Source of the DNA: Carcharhinus longimanus
Taxonomy: Eukaryota
DNA: 64,000 bases
NCBI GenBank assembly: GCA_030264375.1
Contig: JASCQW010000190.1
Location: forward strand, 25,792,339 to 25,856,338
Direction: 5' to 3'
The position numbers and the translations under genes are program-made. Below are positions 1 to 13,520 of this stretch, one piece after another; position 1 is the first letter of the stretch; each line of letters starts with the position of its first letter. A model generated the notes under the pieces. It was not told the origin of the DNA and did no database searches. It saw nothing but the letters and a program-made list of their open reading frames with translations.

Positions 1-60
1 GAGAAAGTGAGAGAGAGAGAGAGAGAGAGAGAGGCGTTGCCGAAGCCCTGAGAGAGAGAG
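1..60. repeat. (GA)n microsatellite, interrupted
   Basis: gagagaga tracts directly visible. Confidence 0.9.
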
Positions 61-944
61 AATGTGGCTGAGTGAGTGAAAAGAGAAAAGTAGAGATAGG
101 GATTTCAAGTCTCTTTTGGAAAGCTATCAGTAGCTAACAGGATTGTAACAATATACAACTGCCAGGAGGAAATATATGCTCCTCCATCTTGTACCTCGAA
201 ATAAATTGGGCTGAAGTCGTTAAAAGGAAACAATAAAATCATCAAGCACTTGCAGAAACAGACTGAACCACAGAGCATGTAGCATGTGTGCTTACAACAA
301 AATCTACAGTAAATACATGGCATATACTGCTGAAACCAAGGCTAAGAGACAAAGACCTCAAAATAGCCACAAGATGTCAAGTTTTTAATAACATGAAAAG
401 CTAATACTTTCACAACAAATAATCTGAAAAGGGTCATTCTGATCACAGACCACTTCGATAAATACTTCAAGCTCTGTAATGTTTGAAAGCTGTGGCTTGA
501 ACCAGTGATTCAGAAAGAAAGATCCTGTTAATAAAGAATCCGAGACAATGTCAATTTCTTCCAATGATGCTTCCAGACACGCTTGTCAACTGTAGCAATG
601 TCATGAGCGGACCACTCAAGGATCTATTTAAAATAAGGAATTTGGGTCAACAACGACGCAGGTCAGATGTACATCAGTCAGACTGGTGTGCCAAATGGAA
701 CAATTTTGTAAGTTGTTCAAGGCAATGCAAGAAAAATCAAATGTTCCAGCAAGAAAATGCAACTTAAAACATGCAACACAATGCCAAAGGGGACATCAGT
801 GAAATATCACAAGCTAGAAATAATTTTTGTCCACAACAAGATTTTTCTCAATTCTATAGAATGCTGGAGCAAAAGTAGACAGAGTTTTATTCTGTATTCC
901 ACAACAAAGAAGAATTGAGTGTTAGCCCATGGATAGAGCTCTTA

Positions 945-1180
945 GGTACAAGATAAATTCACCATAGTCCCAGATGACCATAGGCTGCTCTCCCCCACCT
1001 CGAAGGGGGAGTGACTGGTGGTGATTTAACCTGAGGATTGCTGTACCTCAGGCGAGGGGCAAGGTTGATAAGGCAGGGTCTTCATGAATAACCTCAGTCG
1101 GCACATGAGTTGAACCCACGCTGTTAGCATCATTCTGTATCACAAACCAGCCATCCAGCCAACTGAGCTAACTGACTCCC
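945..1180 (-). mobile_element. tRNA-derived SINE
   Basis: Minus strand begins gggagtcagTTAGCTCAGTTGG (A box) ... GGGTTCAACTC (B box), followed by a non-tRNA body. Confidence 0.7.
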
Positions 1181-1917
1181 AGCTCTTTGTAATACAACAA
1201 TGGAGGAAGTTTATACATCTTCAGAGTCAAAAGCTTAATTGATATCCATAAAGCAGATTATATGATTCACAGGTAGGATTAACAGCTGTTGCTCGAAACA
1301 AAATGCCAAGATTTTATGGTTATAGCACCAGTTGCATAAATCTCTATAATTTCCAGTCTATCATTTATCCAATATAGGTTTCAAGGCAATTACAGAAATC
1401 CTATTTCAGCCAAACTTTCTGCCAAAGGAAATTAAAGTTTTAAATTGTCAAAACATTAATAATAACCTTAAACTTGGAATAAAATGCTCAACTATTGACT
1501 TGGAAACCCATGCATAACAATTCTTCAGAAGTTCATACAGGAAAGTACATAATTAAAGTGAACAAGTAACTCTTTTTCATCAAAAAAATGCCATTTCTCA
1601 AGTGATCACCATTCATTCAATGCACACAAATGTCGAAAATTTCTATTTGTTATGACAGGAGTTCTGATAAAAACATTAATTCGAGGTATAAATTGCCAAC
1701 TTTGCTTTGGATGGAGATGGGTCCATTTATGGGTCAATAGCATCTTCACCAATAGACTGTAAAAAAAAATCATCAATGGGGCTTCCATTAATGGTACCTA
1801 TGTCTGCTTTTGCCTCAAGTTTAGAAGCTACATTAGTTTTCACTGAGACTCGCCTTCGGTTATGACTGAGGTTACTAGGAAGCTAGACCAATGAAATGTT
1901 ATAGTGCAGAAGAAAAG

Positions 1918-2190
1918 TTTAAAAGTTTATTAGTCACAAGTGAGCCTTAGATTAACACTGCAATGAAGTTACTGTGAAATTCCCCTAGTCACCACAGTCC
2001 GGCATCTGTTTGGGTCAATGATCCGAACAAGCAAATCTTTCAGACTATAGGGGGAGCACCCGGAGGAAACCCACACAGACACAAGGAGAACATGCAAACT
2101 CCAAACAGACATTGACCCAAACTGGGAATTGAACCTAGCTCCCTGATGTTGTGAAGCAGCAGTGCTAACCACTGTGCTGCCATGCCACCC
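1918..2190 (-). mobile_element. HE1/V-SINE-like tRNA-derived SINE
   Basis: ggcagcacagtggttagcactgctgc...ggttcaattccc head, V-domain-like tgtttggagtttgcatgttctcc core, ttcattgcagtgttaat tail; near-identical in structure to the copy at 10128-10400. Confidence 0.85.
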
Positions 2191-2399
2191 AAGGTCACTC
2201 AATCTACTATGTCTTTGCTGACGTGGAAAGCCACGCACTTTTCAGAGAAGGGAATGGGCCTCTCCACATTATCTTTGATATCAAGTCCCTCTCCAACCAA
2301 ATATTTGTCGAGTTTCCTTCAAAAAGTCATTTTAGATGATGCATCACATCATTATTAAGCAAGACATTTCATATCCTAACTAAGCCCTTGCTTTAAAAA

Positions 2400-4140
2400 T
2401 AATTCTACTTTTGCTTTAGGTGATAATCAAATTTCTGCAGGTGGTGGAGCAGAGACGATTAATGATTTCAAAATAAAATTGGATGACCACTTGGTGGAAA
2501 TAAACTTGCAGGTCTACAGAAATAGTGGAGGCAATGGGACTAACTGTATTTTCGACAGTGAGCTGGCATGGACTTGATCAGCCAAATGGCCACCTCCTGT
2601 ACATAATCAATCTATGCCCTTCAACAGTTGATTTACTGATTATGTAAATAACTGATTTTGAGTTTGTCTGTACAATCTCTTTATAATCTTTTTTATTCTA
2701 ATTAAGTTAACCATAGGTTTAGTGGTCTCTCCTTAGTGAACTTGAGCAATTTCTTCGATATCCTTTCCATTGGGTCAAAGCTGTCCTAAAGTGCCAATTC
2801 TGAGCAAAATACTTTAAGTATGGCATCGCTGAATCACAAAGATTGCACCACAGGTGGAGGCCATTCGACCCGTCAAGTCTACGCAGGCTCTCTGCAAGGA
2901 TGGACACACTTAATTCCACTCAGCTGTCTTTACCATGTAACCCTGCATATTCCACTTCAGATAATTATCCCTTTCTCTTTTGAAAGCCACAATTGATTCT
3001 GCTTCCATTGCATTGTGCAATAAGAGTTTCCTCACGTTGTCACTGTTCCTTTTGCCAGTCACTTTAAATTGGTATTCATTTACTCTCAATCCTTCCACCA
3101 ATGTGAACAGTTTCTCCCTATCTACTTTGTTTAGACCCCTCATGATTTTGACACAAGAACGAAGAACAGGACAACACAGGAAGAGGACCTTTGGCGCAGG
3201 CTTGGAGGGCCAGTCACGTTTACCTATCTAGGTCAACCACTTATACCCCTCTATTCCCGTTTTGTTCTTATGCCTATCAAATAAGTTTTAAATGTGGCTA
3301 ACCTAATTGCCTCAACCACCTCACTTAGCAGCGCATTCCAGTCTCCACTATCCTTTGCGTAAAAAACTTCCCTCGCACATTTCCACTGAACCCTTCCCCC
3401 CCCTTATCTTGAACTTCTACCCCTTGTAAATTGTCATTTCTGCCCTAGGAAAAAGCTTCCAACTCTTCACACTATCTATATCTCATATTTCTATAAACTT
3501 CTATCAGGTCGCCGCTCAGCCTCCGTCTTTCCAGGGAGAAAGCACCTTTGTTAAATCGCTCGATCTTTTCTTCAAAAAGGAGAACAGCCCAGCTTCTCCA
3601 ATCTATCCAAGTAACTGAAGTCTCTTATTCCTGGAACCATTCTCATTAATCTTTTTCGTATCCTCTCAAATGTCTTCATATCCTTCCAAAAGTGTGGTGC
3701 TCAGACAATACACTATTGCAGCTGAGGCCAAACCAGTATTTTACACAGGTTTACCAAAGCTACCTTCCTAGTGCACCTGATCCCCCTATTTATAAAACCC
3801 ATGATCACACATTAACCACTCTCTCAACTGCCCTGTTATCTTCAATGTGCACACATACCTCCAAGGTCCTTCTGCTCCTGCATCCCCTTCAGAACTGCAT
3901 CCTTTATTTCATATTGTCTCTCTTCTTGCTCCTTCCAAAATGAATCACCTCACAATTCTCCTCACCAAACTTGCATGCCATCTGCAAACTCTGACATTAT
4001 ACCCTCCATGTCCCAGTCTGGCTGCTTTCCTCTAGTCTGAAAACTGATCATTCAGCTGATCCTCTGCTTTTTGTCTCTCAGCCAATTTTGTATTCCTACA
4101 GCCACTGCCTCTTTAATTCAAGGGCTTAAACTTTTCTAAC
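2400..4140 (-). mobile_element. Cluster of nested CR1 LINE 3' fragments (mostly minus strand)
   Basis: Degenerate ORF2 C-terminus MRGLNKVDREKLFTLVEG...FKVTGKR; CR1-type 3' UTRs. Confidence 0.8.
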
Positions 4141-4149
4141 ATGTTTGTG

Positions 4150-4725
4150 TCAGCAGGTTGGTGAAGATGTGGTCAAGACTATTCCCCCATGTTGGTTCTC
4201 ACCACCTGCCTGCCAGCCACAAGTTAAGTCTGGATGTCATGTCCTTCAGAACTCAGTTAGCTCAGTTAATAGTAGCACTATCAAGACACTCTTGGTGATG
4301 ATCATTGAAGTTCCTCATTGAAAGCAGTTGTGTATCCTGGTTACTGTCAATGCTTGTTCCAAGGAGATGTTTATCAGGGAGGACTACTGATTAATCAGAT
4401 GAAGGAGAAGTAGGTGGTGATTGGCAAGAGATTTCCTCACCGACATTTGACCTGAAGCCAGAGACTTCATGCAGGGCAAATGCAACATTTTCAGCAGACT
4501 TGCTACTATACTGCTGGTAGAACAGGATATGCCCAGGAATTATGATAGCTGAGTCAAGGACATTGAGCAATATTCATTTCTCAAGATCATCCCTTTGTTA
4601 GTCTGTCACTTAAGATCTTCATTAGATAGCCCTCCCAATTTCAGGACCATCCACAGATTTTGATGACGGTGATTTTTCAGCATCACCTTGGCAGGACGTG
4701 CCAATATTAACTTTGATGCCTAAGT
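4150..4725 (-). mobile_element. LINE endonuclease-region remnant (CR1/L2 clade)
   Basis: Minus strand reads like a decayed APE motif (G-D/N-F-N-x-HHQE-W/C-L); heavily mutated. Confidence 0.5.
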
Positions 4726-4774
4726 CACAACTATAGCACATCCCTTTCTTTATCTAATATAGAAGTAAATGAGT

Positions 4775-4895
4775 GTGGATGCTGGAATCTGAAGCAAAAA
4801 CTGAAAATGCTGGAAATTCTCAGTAGATCTGACAGCATCTGTGGAGAGACTAACATCGAGTCTGGATGATCCTTGAGCAGAACTGAAGACAATAG
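4775..4895. mobile_element. Penelope-like terminal fragment
   Basis: gatgctggaatctgaagcaaaaactgaaaatgctggaaattctcag...agcatctgtggag motif that recurs at ~11845, 33250, 37985 and 55125. Confidence 0.6.
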
Positions 4896-5727
4896 AAAAT
4901 AGGCTGATATTAGGGTGATTTTCTTTTGTCTAGTGGCTTGAAACAATTGATTGGGTTGCCAGGTTTTTTTCAGAGGACAGTTAACAGTCAATCCTATTAG
5001 TTTTGAGGCTCAAGATGTATACAGGACGGTGCAGGTAAGGCTAACAGGTTTCCTTCGCAAAAGAACTTAGATAATATCCAATTCATTTTATTAATAGGAT
5101 TTCCTCCAATAACACTTTCATTTGTCAGGCATTACTTGCCTTTTACAAATCTGCACCTTGTCAAAATGTTCATCACTGAGCAGCAGCTGGTGGTCATATC
5201 ATCACCATCACATTCCACATCAAACCAGACACAGTCAAAATCAATTGTGCTAAAACATCTACAACACNNNNNNNNNNNNNNNNNNNNNNNNNNNNNNNNN
5301 NNNNNNNNNNNNNNNNNNNNNNNNNNNNNNNNNNNNNNNNNNNNNNNNNNNNNNNNNNNNNNNNNNNCACAAATTTATGCTCAGATATGTTCCTTATATC
5401 ATGGCCCAAATCTTTCAATCAGGGTCAGACCCCCTTGTTTCTGACCCTGATTCAACAAACAAACTACTGACTCACCTCCTTCCAATTTTTCTGGCCGATC
5501 TTGCAAAAAAAAAGGAACCTGCATAACTCACTCATGTGCAGGAAACCTTGAAAGGAACAGCAGAGAGAATCTACACAGAAGCCATGCCCCTTTTTATGGC
5601 ATTAGCTGCCTTGTTCTGCTAACAAAGAGCTCAGGTGTCCCAGAACTCCTCAGTGTGTAAGTGAATGTATGTATGGTTGAGTGAATGGTGGGTGTGTGAA
5701 ATGGTAAGGTGGCAAATGAGTAGGGTG

Positions 5728-5758
5728 GTTGGTGGTGGTGGTGGTGGTGGTGGTGGAG
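5728..5758. repeat. (GGT)n microsatellite
   Basis: tggtggtggtgg... directly visible. Confidence 0.9.
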
Positions 5759-6964
5759 GATATTGACAATGATAATTGTAAAATTACCCAGGACTTCAAC
5801 TAGGATTTTTCTATTTAATAATATTTCCTGGATAACTCTTCAGAAATAAGTTGGGACTGTCCACATTCTCCAACCTGAACTCAATCTCAGTCTGAGATTT
5901 TTTTTGGAGGGCCCCAGGGAGAAGAGGAATTGCCGTTAGAAGTACAAACTTCCCGGGCAATTCCCACAGAGTCAGCATGTCGGGATTTCCAAGACATACT
6001 GTCGCACATTTTGTATGATAATGCCTGATCTCAGACAATCCAGAGACCAAAAGGTCTGGGCCTGTGTTTCAAAAGAAAATTAACAATGTTAATATTGTGA
6101 TTAAAGTAACTGGGAGTTTAAGAATAACTTAGGAATGGAATGAATATTTAAACAGCATTTTTTGAAACCTACTTCAGCGGACACTCTACTATGATTACTA
6201 AGGATTTGGAAATGGAAACAGCAAATGCTAGGAATACTACATTCACTTTACAAACTTATAATTTTTAACTATAAACATGGCACGTCAGATTTATGGATCC
6301 AAGATGAATTTGTATTCAAACAAACTGCTTTACAGACAATAGAAGAAGCGTTGATTTATTACAGTCACTCTATTGATAAACTATTAAATCAGGACATGCA
6401 AAATCATCTTGACAATGTACAGACAACAAGGAAATTAGATTGGAAAAACACAACTATTCATAGGTTGTCAGCTATATGACGCTGTTCCACTGTAGATACT
6501 CAAGTACGCTCTGAGCCAATATTACACTATTACCATGTTTGTATTCAAATTATATACATTGTTCTTAGCTTACGGTCCATGTGTTTTCTCTTTATCACAT
6601 CCTAAAATATACAAAATGCATTATGCAGTCAATCAATAGTCTTTACATACACAGTATTCATAAGTTGATTTAGACAAGTGAACATATTCACAGGCATTCT
6701 GGAGGGAAATATAGAAGTAGTTGCGGGCATAATGAATAGGACACCATAGAAGTTGGATAGATTGGTCTCCAGCAAGGGGGGATACAAGTTGAAATATCCA
6801 TTGGTTTAACATTTGGAAATGGTTGAAAATTATTCTCTGGTACAAAACGTAGCATAGGGATATAAAATACTGAAGCATTTTGGATTTCAAGATGGCACTG
6901 TTGTGGTCCTGAAACCCAACTTGTAAGAAAGGAGATGAAATTGATAATTGGAGCATCAAATTAC

Positions 6965-7096
6965 CTTCACTATGAAAAGAACTTGATGTGTCACAGTCTG
7001 CAGATTCATCATGGCTTGAAGCTATTGCTTCTCTTTCAGACATATTGTTGTCATCAGTTAGATTCTCCTCACCTTCCTCCATTTCATCAACAGAAC
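6965..7096 (-). CDS. ZFPM1: ZFPM1/FOG1 coding exon 2 ((R)SVDEMEEGEENLTDDNNMSEREAIASSHDESADCDTSSSFHSE)
   Basis: Acceptor tttctttggtttaaag|GT and donor GAAG|GTAATT; 132 nt, phase 1-1, open frame continuing exon 1 (IKR-SVDEMEE, cf. mammalian IKR-SLGDMEA); acidic low-complexity composition typical of the FOG N-terminus. Confidence 0.85.
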
Positions 7097-8299
7097 CTTT
7101 AAACCAAAGAAATTCATTTGATAAATCAGAGAAAACCCAGAAAACAACAAATTATTTAGTTCTACATTAAATTTCCTCAGCTGACAAACTGATCATGCCA
7201 GTTTTTAAAGGCTATTGCTCATAGAAACATTCTTTTCACAAAAATATTGTCAGTAATGCCTGATCACAAAAATAATGAACATAGAAAGAAATCACTGAGC
7301 ACTTTGCATTGGTGCTTGTGCTAACCTCTCAACTCAAGATACCTACTGGCAGATTATTTACATTTTGTTAGTCAAAGACAACATAACTGAATTTTTGAAT
7401 GCTGGGGTTAGGACAGAGAAAATATCCGCAGGCGTTAGGTGTTAATAGTCTTCTATGGCAATGTATTCTCTTTACCAAAGTTATAGAAAATTAACCTCAA
7501 AAGACAAAACTCCAAACATCCTCAACTATATACAAGCTGGTGTGTTATCCAGGGGAATTTAGCTTTCTCTATCAACATATGTACAGTCATACAGATAACA
7601 CAACCTTCATATCTGACAACTAGTTTTGATTAAGCTTGCTGTGAATATTTGAGTTAAAAATATTGAACCTCAGCATCTCACATCCACAGCCTTGGTCACA
7701 TATGTCGGAGTTACTGAGCTTGAAGCTGTACAATTTCTGCTGGGCATTTATCATAGAAGCACAGAACATTTACTGAAGGGGGTCATTTGGCCTGTCGAGC
7801 CCATGTCATCTCTCTGCAAGACGAATTGAGTTAGACCCACTCCCTCATCCTTTCTCTGTAGCCTGGCATGTTTTCCCCCCTTTAGGTGCTTACCCAATTC
7901 CATTAGCAGAGCCATTAAATTATTTCCTAATTTAAACAAAATGTGATGATGATTCAAGCAGAAATGCTCTGACCATTCTTGGAAAGGTACAATGCTGTAT
8001 TTGACTCAAAACTAGAAATACATAATTCAAAGGATGCAATGCGAGACACAAGTCAAATTTCAGTTATCATTCTAGCAATATCGATCATAAATATTTGCCA
8101 ATCTCACACCTTAAAACATTTGATAAATATTTTAAAATTGTCATTTTTAAAACCATGATTTGGTACATTCATTTCGCAATCGACAGCAGGGCCGCTATGC
8201 GAGATGATGAGAAATGCAACACTAATATTGGTCAGTGGAGTGGTTTGCTGTTTAAGAAACTGACCTAACAGGTGTATTCAAGATTGCAGCTATTTCTCA

Positions 8300-8590
8300 A
8301 GGGACAGCGCAATGAGTTTGTCATCATGTTTGGACCAGTGGCACCATCCCATCAAACCCTGACCCTGTTCTGGTCGGATGCCCAAAAAATATGCACTTTC
8401 CAGCAGAAGTCAGAGATAGCAATTAAGATCAAAAAACACAAATGACTCTTTTCCTACTTTCTTTGCCTGACAGGCACTGAAGATAATTGTATAGACCCTA
8501 CTCACACCTTGGCTGAGAGCACTTAACTCATGATCCACAGATTGACAGACACCTTGTGCTCTGGAATTGTATGGCACAATTTCATATTAA
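8300..8590 (-). mobile_element. Ancient SINE remnant (AmnSINE2-like, tentative)
   Basis: tgcactttccagcagaagtca...ggcactgaagataattgta...ggctgagagcacttaactca resembles my recollection of an old vertebrate SINE; highly diverged. Confidence 0.35.
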
Positions 8591-8944
8591 GCATTTCTAA
8601 TGTCTGAACACAAGTCGTCAGAATCATGCATTTTTAAATATGAAAAATTGCAACATGGTGACATATTTAAAGCATCAAACAAGAAAATTATTTCCTCTGC
8701 TGTTTCAACATATTTGTTCTTTGGGTATAACACTAATGTACAGATTGCACAAAGTGTGGAACACAGAATCCTTGGCTAGGTCCCACAATGCAATATGTAA
8801 TCTCTGGACAATTTACTGCATTAACTCTGTTTCACATGAAAGAAATGTTATTTCTTAATTTGAGTATACTAACACCGCGCGTGGCATTCCCATTTATTTT
8901 GGTATCAGCACGATTTCAAAATCACATTCTTCTCACCATTAACT

Positions 8945-9385
8945 TAAGCTAACCTAACCTGCATCCTAACTGGTGCCAAGTCCCCTTCATCCATCCCCCA
9001 CGCTTACTGATCTACACTGGCTCCCAATTGAGCATTATGATTTTCCAACACTCATCCTTATTTTCAAATATCTTCAANNNNNNNNNNAGTCCAGCCCTAG
9101 GAGCCTCAGATATCTGCACTCCTCCAATCTGACATCTTGTACGTCCCTGATTTTAATCAACCCACCATTGCCAATGGTGCTTTCAGCTGCCTAGACTCTG
9201 GAATTTTCTCTATACATTGCTCTGCCTCTCTATAATTTTTCCTTCTTTAAATACTGTTTAAAAAATACACTGCTTTTGCTCAGCTGCCCAAAAATCCCCT
9301 TCTATGATCGAATTTCGTTTGATAAAGCTCTTGTGGAATGCTATGGGACATTTTACTAAATTAAAGGTGCTAGATAAATGCAAGC
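8945..9385 (+). mobile_element. L2 LINE 3' fragment
   Basis: Encodes PTLTDLHWLPI...LILIFK (L2 ORF2 C-terminus) and ends with the ttaaaggtgctagataaatgcaag L2-type tail. Confidence 0.8.
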
Positions 9386-10127
9386 TTTCATAGCGACAAC
9401 CCAAGCATCACTTTTTATTAAATGCTTTCATTATATGCTGAGAATGCATCAGGAGACAAAGGATAAGATTTGTTAATCACAGGAAGGTTGACACAATAGC
9501 AAATGAGCCAACTGGTATATATGCACCACATACAACGTGTACTCTGCTTTTCACATATTGTTAAATCAACATAAGAATGTGGTTAAATATAGGTTTGTAT
9601 GGAACTGTACATTTCCAAAGTGATGCAGATTATAAGCTGGTTCACTGAATCAATGCCACTTGTAGAAGTTAAAATGTTGCTGATTGCTGGACTCTTGCAC
9701 GAATGCTCATCTATTCTGCCATGCTGTTTGAGGCTGTTAATGTTTTAAGTAGCATATTAATTATTTTTAATAGGCAGTGAATATCAAGTTCTCAAGTAAT
9801 GCCAGCTCGACAAAAATCAGAAAATAGTATTAAAATATTCGAGCAGAGATTGAATTTACTAGCCTGGCTTATTATACTGTAAATTTTGTTGAAGCCATTC
9901 CAGGACTACAGAAGTGGAACAAATTCCATTACTGTGTCAGCACAGCTATTTTATCCATTTCCAATTCAGTTGCTAGCTGTTTGGCATTAGCTGATTTCTC
10001 CATGTATTGCAACTCACAAATCAATGGTTTGATCATGAATCGCAAATTTAAAAGGAAAACAAAACTCAGGTAAAGATGTTTACAGAAAATGCACCACTTT
10101 AAAAAGAATTCCACATGAAATTCATTT

Positions 10128-10401
10128 TAAAGTTTATTATTACTACCACAAGTAGGCTTACATTAACACTGCAATGAAATTACTGTGAAAATCCCTTGGT
10201 CACCACATTCAGGCACCTGTTCAGGTACACTGAGGGAGAATTTAGCAAGGCCAATGCACGTAATTGGCACACCTTTCGGGTTGTGGGAGGAAACCCAAGC
10301 AGATACAGGGAGAACATGCAAACTCCACACAGACAGTGACCCAAGCTGCGAATTGAACCTGGGTCCCTGGTGCTGAGAGGCAGCAGTGCTAACCACTGTG
10401 T
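10128..10401 (-). mobile_element. HE1/V-SINE-like SINE
   Basis: Same head, core and tail as 1918-2190. Confidence 0.85.
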
Positions 10402-10982
10402 TAGACCCGAAGTTGCATTACAGGAGATTAACAACTGACCAAAACATAGAAATACAAATAATTTATATAGAGTTAAGTACTGAACTTCTCACACTCAAGA
10501 GACTGTATATATCCACGCACATAGAACATTAAAAGATGTCAGTTTATTTTGGCACTTTAAAAACTGTAGCATGAGACCCATCATTAAAGTTATTGTGCTT
10601 GTACCAATCCTAACTCTTCAGCCACAACCATAGGCCCCACCAAGTTTGGAGGCAGAGGGAAAGGGGCTGGTTGTTTTTTGGTTTAGCAAACCTGGAAGAG
10701 TTTCCTCAGGTTCTGCTAAATGTTACAGCCTCCCTTTAGCCAGATTAAAATCAAAATGGAAGAGTGAATTAATCGATCTATTTCCCCTATATCATTCCTT
10801 TCAGTGCAAATATTCAATTCCATTTTAAATGTCTATTATACATTAGTGGCAAAAAATTAATATTCTAACGTAAATGTCTCGAGTGATTTATCATCCAGTA
10901 AAAATAAACCTTCATTGTTTACTTTCTCTGCTCAGTAACAAAAAAAATGTTTGAGCTGATCATGGTTAAAAATTCCTGTGCG

Positions 10983-11345
10983 TGTTGAATATTCACTCAC
11001 TCCCTCCACTGCCAATACACAGTGGTAGTCGCGTGTACCATCTACAAGATGCGCTGTCAGAAGTCACCAAAATGCCTTCAACAGCACTTTCCAAATCTGC
11101 GACTTCTACCACCTCGAATAACAAGGACAGTAGATGCATGGGAACTCCACCCTGTCCAAGTCACACACTGTCCTAACTTGGAACTATACCTCCACCCTGG
11201 GTCTAAATCCTGGGACTCCTTTTCTCACAGCAGAGAGGTCTTACACAGACACAGACTGCAGCAGTTTAAGAAGGCAGCCCACCACCACCTGGCCACAGGC
11301 ATCAGAGATAGGCAAAAAACGATGGCAATGTCAGCGATGCTAAAA
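10983..11345 (+). mobile_element. LINE 3' end (CR1/L2 clade) whose tail is shared with a SINE family
   Basis: NIHSL...CTIYKM.C...LQQHFPN-type C-terminus; same tail at 20545-20760 and 31685-32160. Confidence 0.7.
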
Positions 11346-12069
11346 GTGATCAGGGCATTCTAAAGATGATCAGGCGAGAATTTCTCTAGCAGTAGGAACA
11401 GGTTACTTAAATGACTTCAATTGAAATGTTAAGTGCCACAAATGCATATAGTTTATCTAAATAACTGGGTAAGAACAGTTGATTGGCATAAAACCCATCT
11501 GGCCTACGTATGACTCCAGATCCACAGCAGTGTGGTTGACTTTTAACTTCTCTCAGAGATGGGCAATAAATGCAAATCCAGCGAGCAATGCCCATATCCC
11601 ATGGACAAATAAAAGAAGGTGAGAATATAGTCAGTGCAAGTAGTTCTACAAAGCTGGACAACAAAGGAGAGTTGATGTAACTGACACATCAAAGACTGTA
11701 GAAGGATTGCAAAAGTCAAGGAGGGTGGATATCAGGGAATATCGTTCAAGATTTGTTAGGGCTGTTACGGTATTGGACTATGTTCAATTGGTTCCAACTT
11801 TCCTTAATCCTTTGAAGGAGGTAAATAGTGATAAGCTGGTATCAGATACTTTGCAGAAAAGCAAAATACTACTGTGGCTTGAAATATGAAATAAAAACAG
11901 AAAATGCTTGAAATACAGAGCAGATTAAGCAGCATTTGTGGAGACAACATATATTGGTTTGGCTCTTTCCAAGTTCAGAATGTTTACTTATTTTACAGTT
12001 GGAAATTAAACCATAGTCTTACAAATACAATTATGTACCACAGTATAATGGGTTAAAGAGAAAAGAACA

Positions 12070-12410
12070 TGTAATTTACAGCCACAATTTGCACAGCCAC
12101 ATGTTGTGCCAAAGTGCTTTACAGCTAATATAATACTTTTTGGAAATAGTTGCTGCTGTAATGCAGCCAATATGGCAGCCGATTTGTGTACAGTAAGCTT
12201 CTGAATAATGGAATAATAAATCAGATGAACTGTTTTTGTGATGCTGAATCAAGAGTCTTTTACAGCCAGCAGAGAGGGAAAACAGGCTTCTCACACAGTA
12301 CCACACCACAGTACAAGCTTTATTTTGAAGTCCCACTCCAGGAGTCGGATTAAGTGGACCAGCTCTCTGATTCAGAGGTGAAAAAGCTATCACTGAGCCA
12401 TGGCTAAAAC
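12070..12410 (-). mobile_element. Deu-domain (SacSINE1-like) SINE remnant
   Basis: aaagtgctttacagc...gctgctgtaatg...ggcagccgatttgtgtacagtaag signature; related pieces at ~26150-26330 and ~35930-36150. Confidence 0.55.
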
Positions 12411-12559
12411 TCATACAGAACGACACAAATTTCCAAACAGAAAAAACGTGCATCAGCCATCTAAATACACATTAAATGGAATTCAGAATTAGAAGTCTAA
12501 ACTACATAAATTTAAAGTGAGAACAACCAGCCCTGAAGCAACTCTTTCTCTCAATAAAA

Positions 12560-13520
12560 GCCCAACAACAGGTGGTTGCAGCAGGTTTTCAAGAGGGAGC
12601 CAGTGGACGAAGGCAATCCCTCGATATTGAAGTAAAGAGAGAAAATGATTCATCAGAGCAATAACACAGAAGTCTTGAGGGACGCCAAGCCAGAGGAGGC
12701 TATTGAGATAAAGGGGAAAGGCCAAAGAAGGATTTGAACACTAAGATGAGAATTTGAAAACATACTCTTAGTTCGAAGCACGATGAGTGACCTTGACGGC
12801 ATAGATCATGTGCAAGCTGATACATGCAGCTAGGCTTGGACACATTCAGTTTGCTGCAGAATGGAGCATGGGAGGCAGCCATGAGGTCATTGGAAGGATT
12901 GAGTCAGGAAATGACAAAAGTATAGGTGAGAGATTCAACAGTTGATCTACTGCATCTTGGACAGTTATAAACAAGGTAGGAGAAGGCAATCTTAGCAATG
13001 GAAACAGGGAATGAAGCTATGGGAAAAATGGGCATGAATTTAGAAGGCAGCAACCCTGTTCAAGGACTCGGAAGTGAAGAAGGTTGAAAAAGCTAACTTT
13101 AGGACAGATGGGTTTTTTTAAATGAAGGGGTGATAATGGCAAACTTAAAAGTGAAGCAGATATAATCATAGATGATGGAAAAATGTAAGGGTTTAGAAAC
13201 CAGTTGCTTTGTCACCAGTTTAATAGGGAAAGGGTTAAAAGAACAAGAGGGAGGGGAGCTCATGGGCAACAGGCACTCAGAGCAGACATAAAAGGAGATA
13301 GGAATGAAAATAGAGGGGATGCAGTTTGGAAGCTATGGTAGTGGGGTGGAGAGAATTTTGCTTGGTGGGCAAGGGAAGGTGGCAGAAGCAGCAAAATGGA
13401 AAAAGAAGCCTCTAAGCGCCTCATACTTGTTGTTAAAGACAAGGGTGGCTGGGGCATGGGAAAGAAATTAAGGAGCTAATAGTGGAGAAAACAAGCCAAA
13501 GGTTATCTTGCATTCCAGGA
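12560..13520 (-). mobile_element. L2 LINE remnants
   Basis: Purine-rich antisense L2 sequence; FQILILVFKS motif on the minus strand. Confidence 0.6.

Noticed and set aside
1085-1180. Functional tRNA gene
   Set aside because: A and B boxes are present, but there is no proper cloverleaf and it continues into a SINE body.
6633-6964. 149-aa ORF 6633-7082 as a standalone gene
   Set aside because: Only 6965-7096 is exon-like; the rest is read-through past the GTAATT donor into intron 2.
1-6964. ZFPM1 exon 3 (expected W-x-G-P ending before the PR-like domain)
   Set aside because: No matching minus-strand exon found by eye; presumably outside the window or in a gap.
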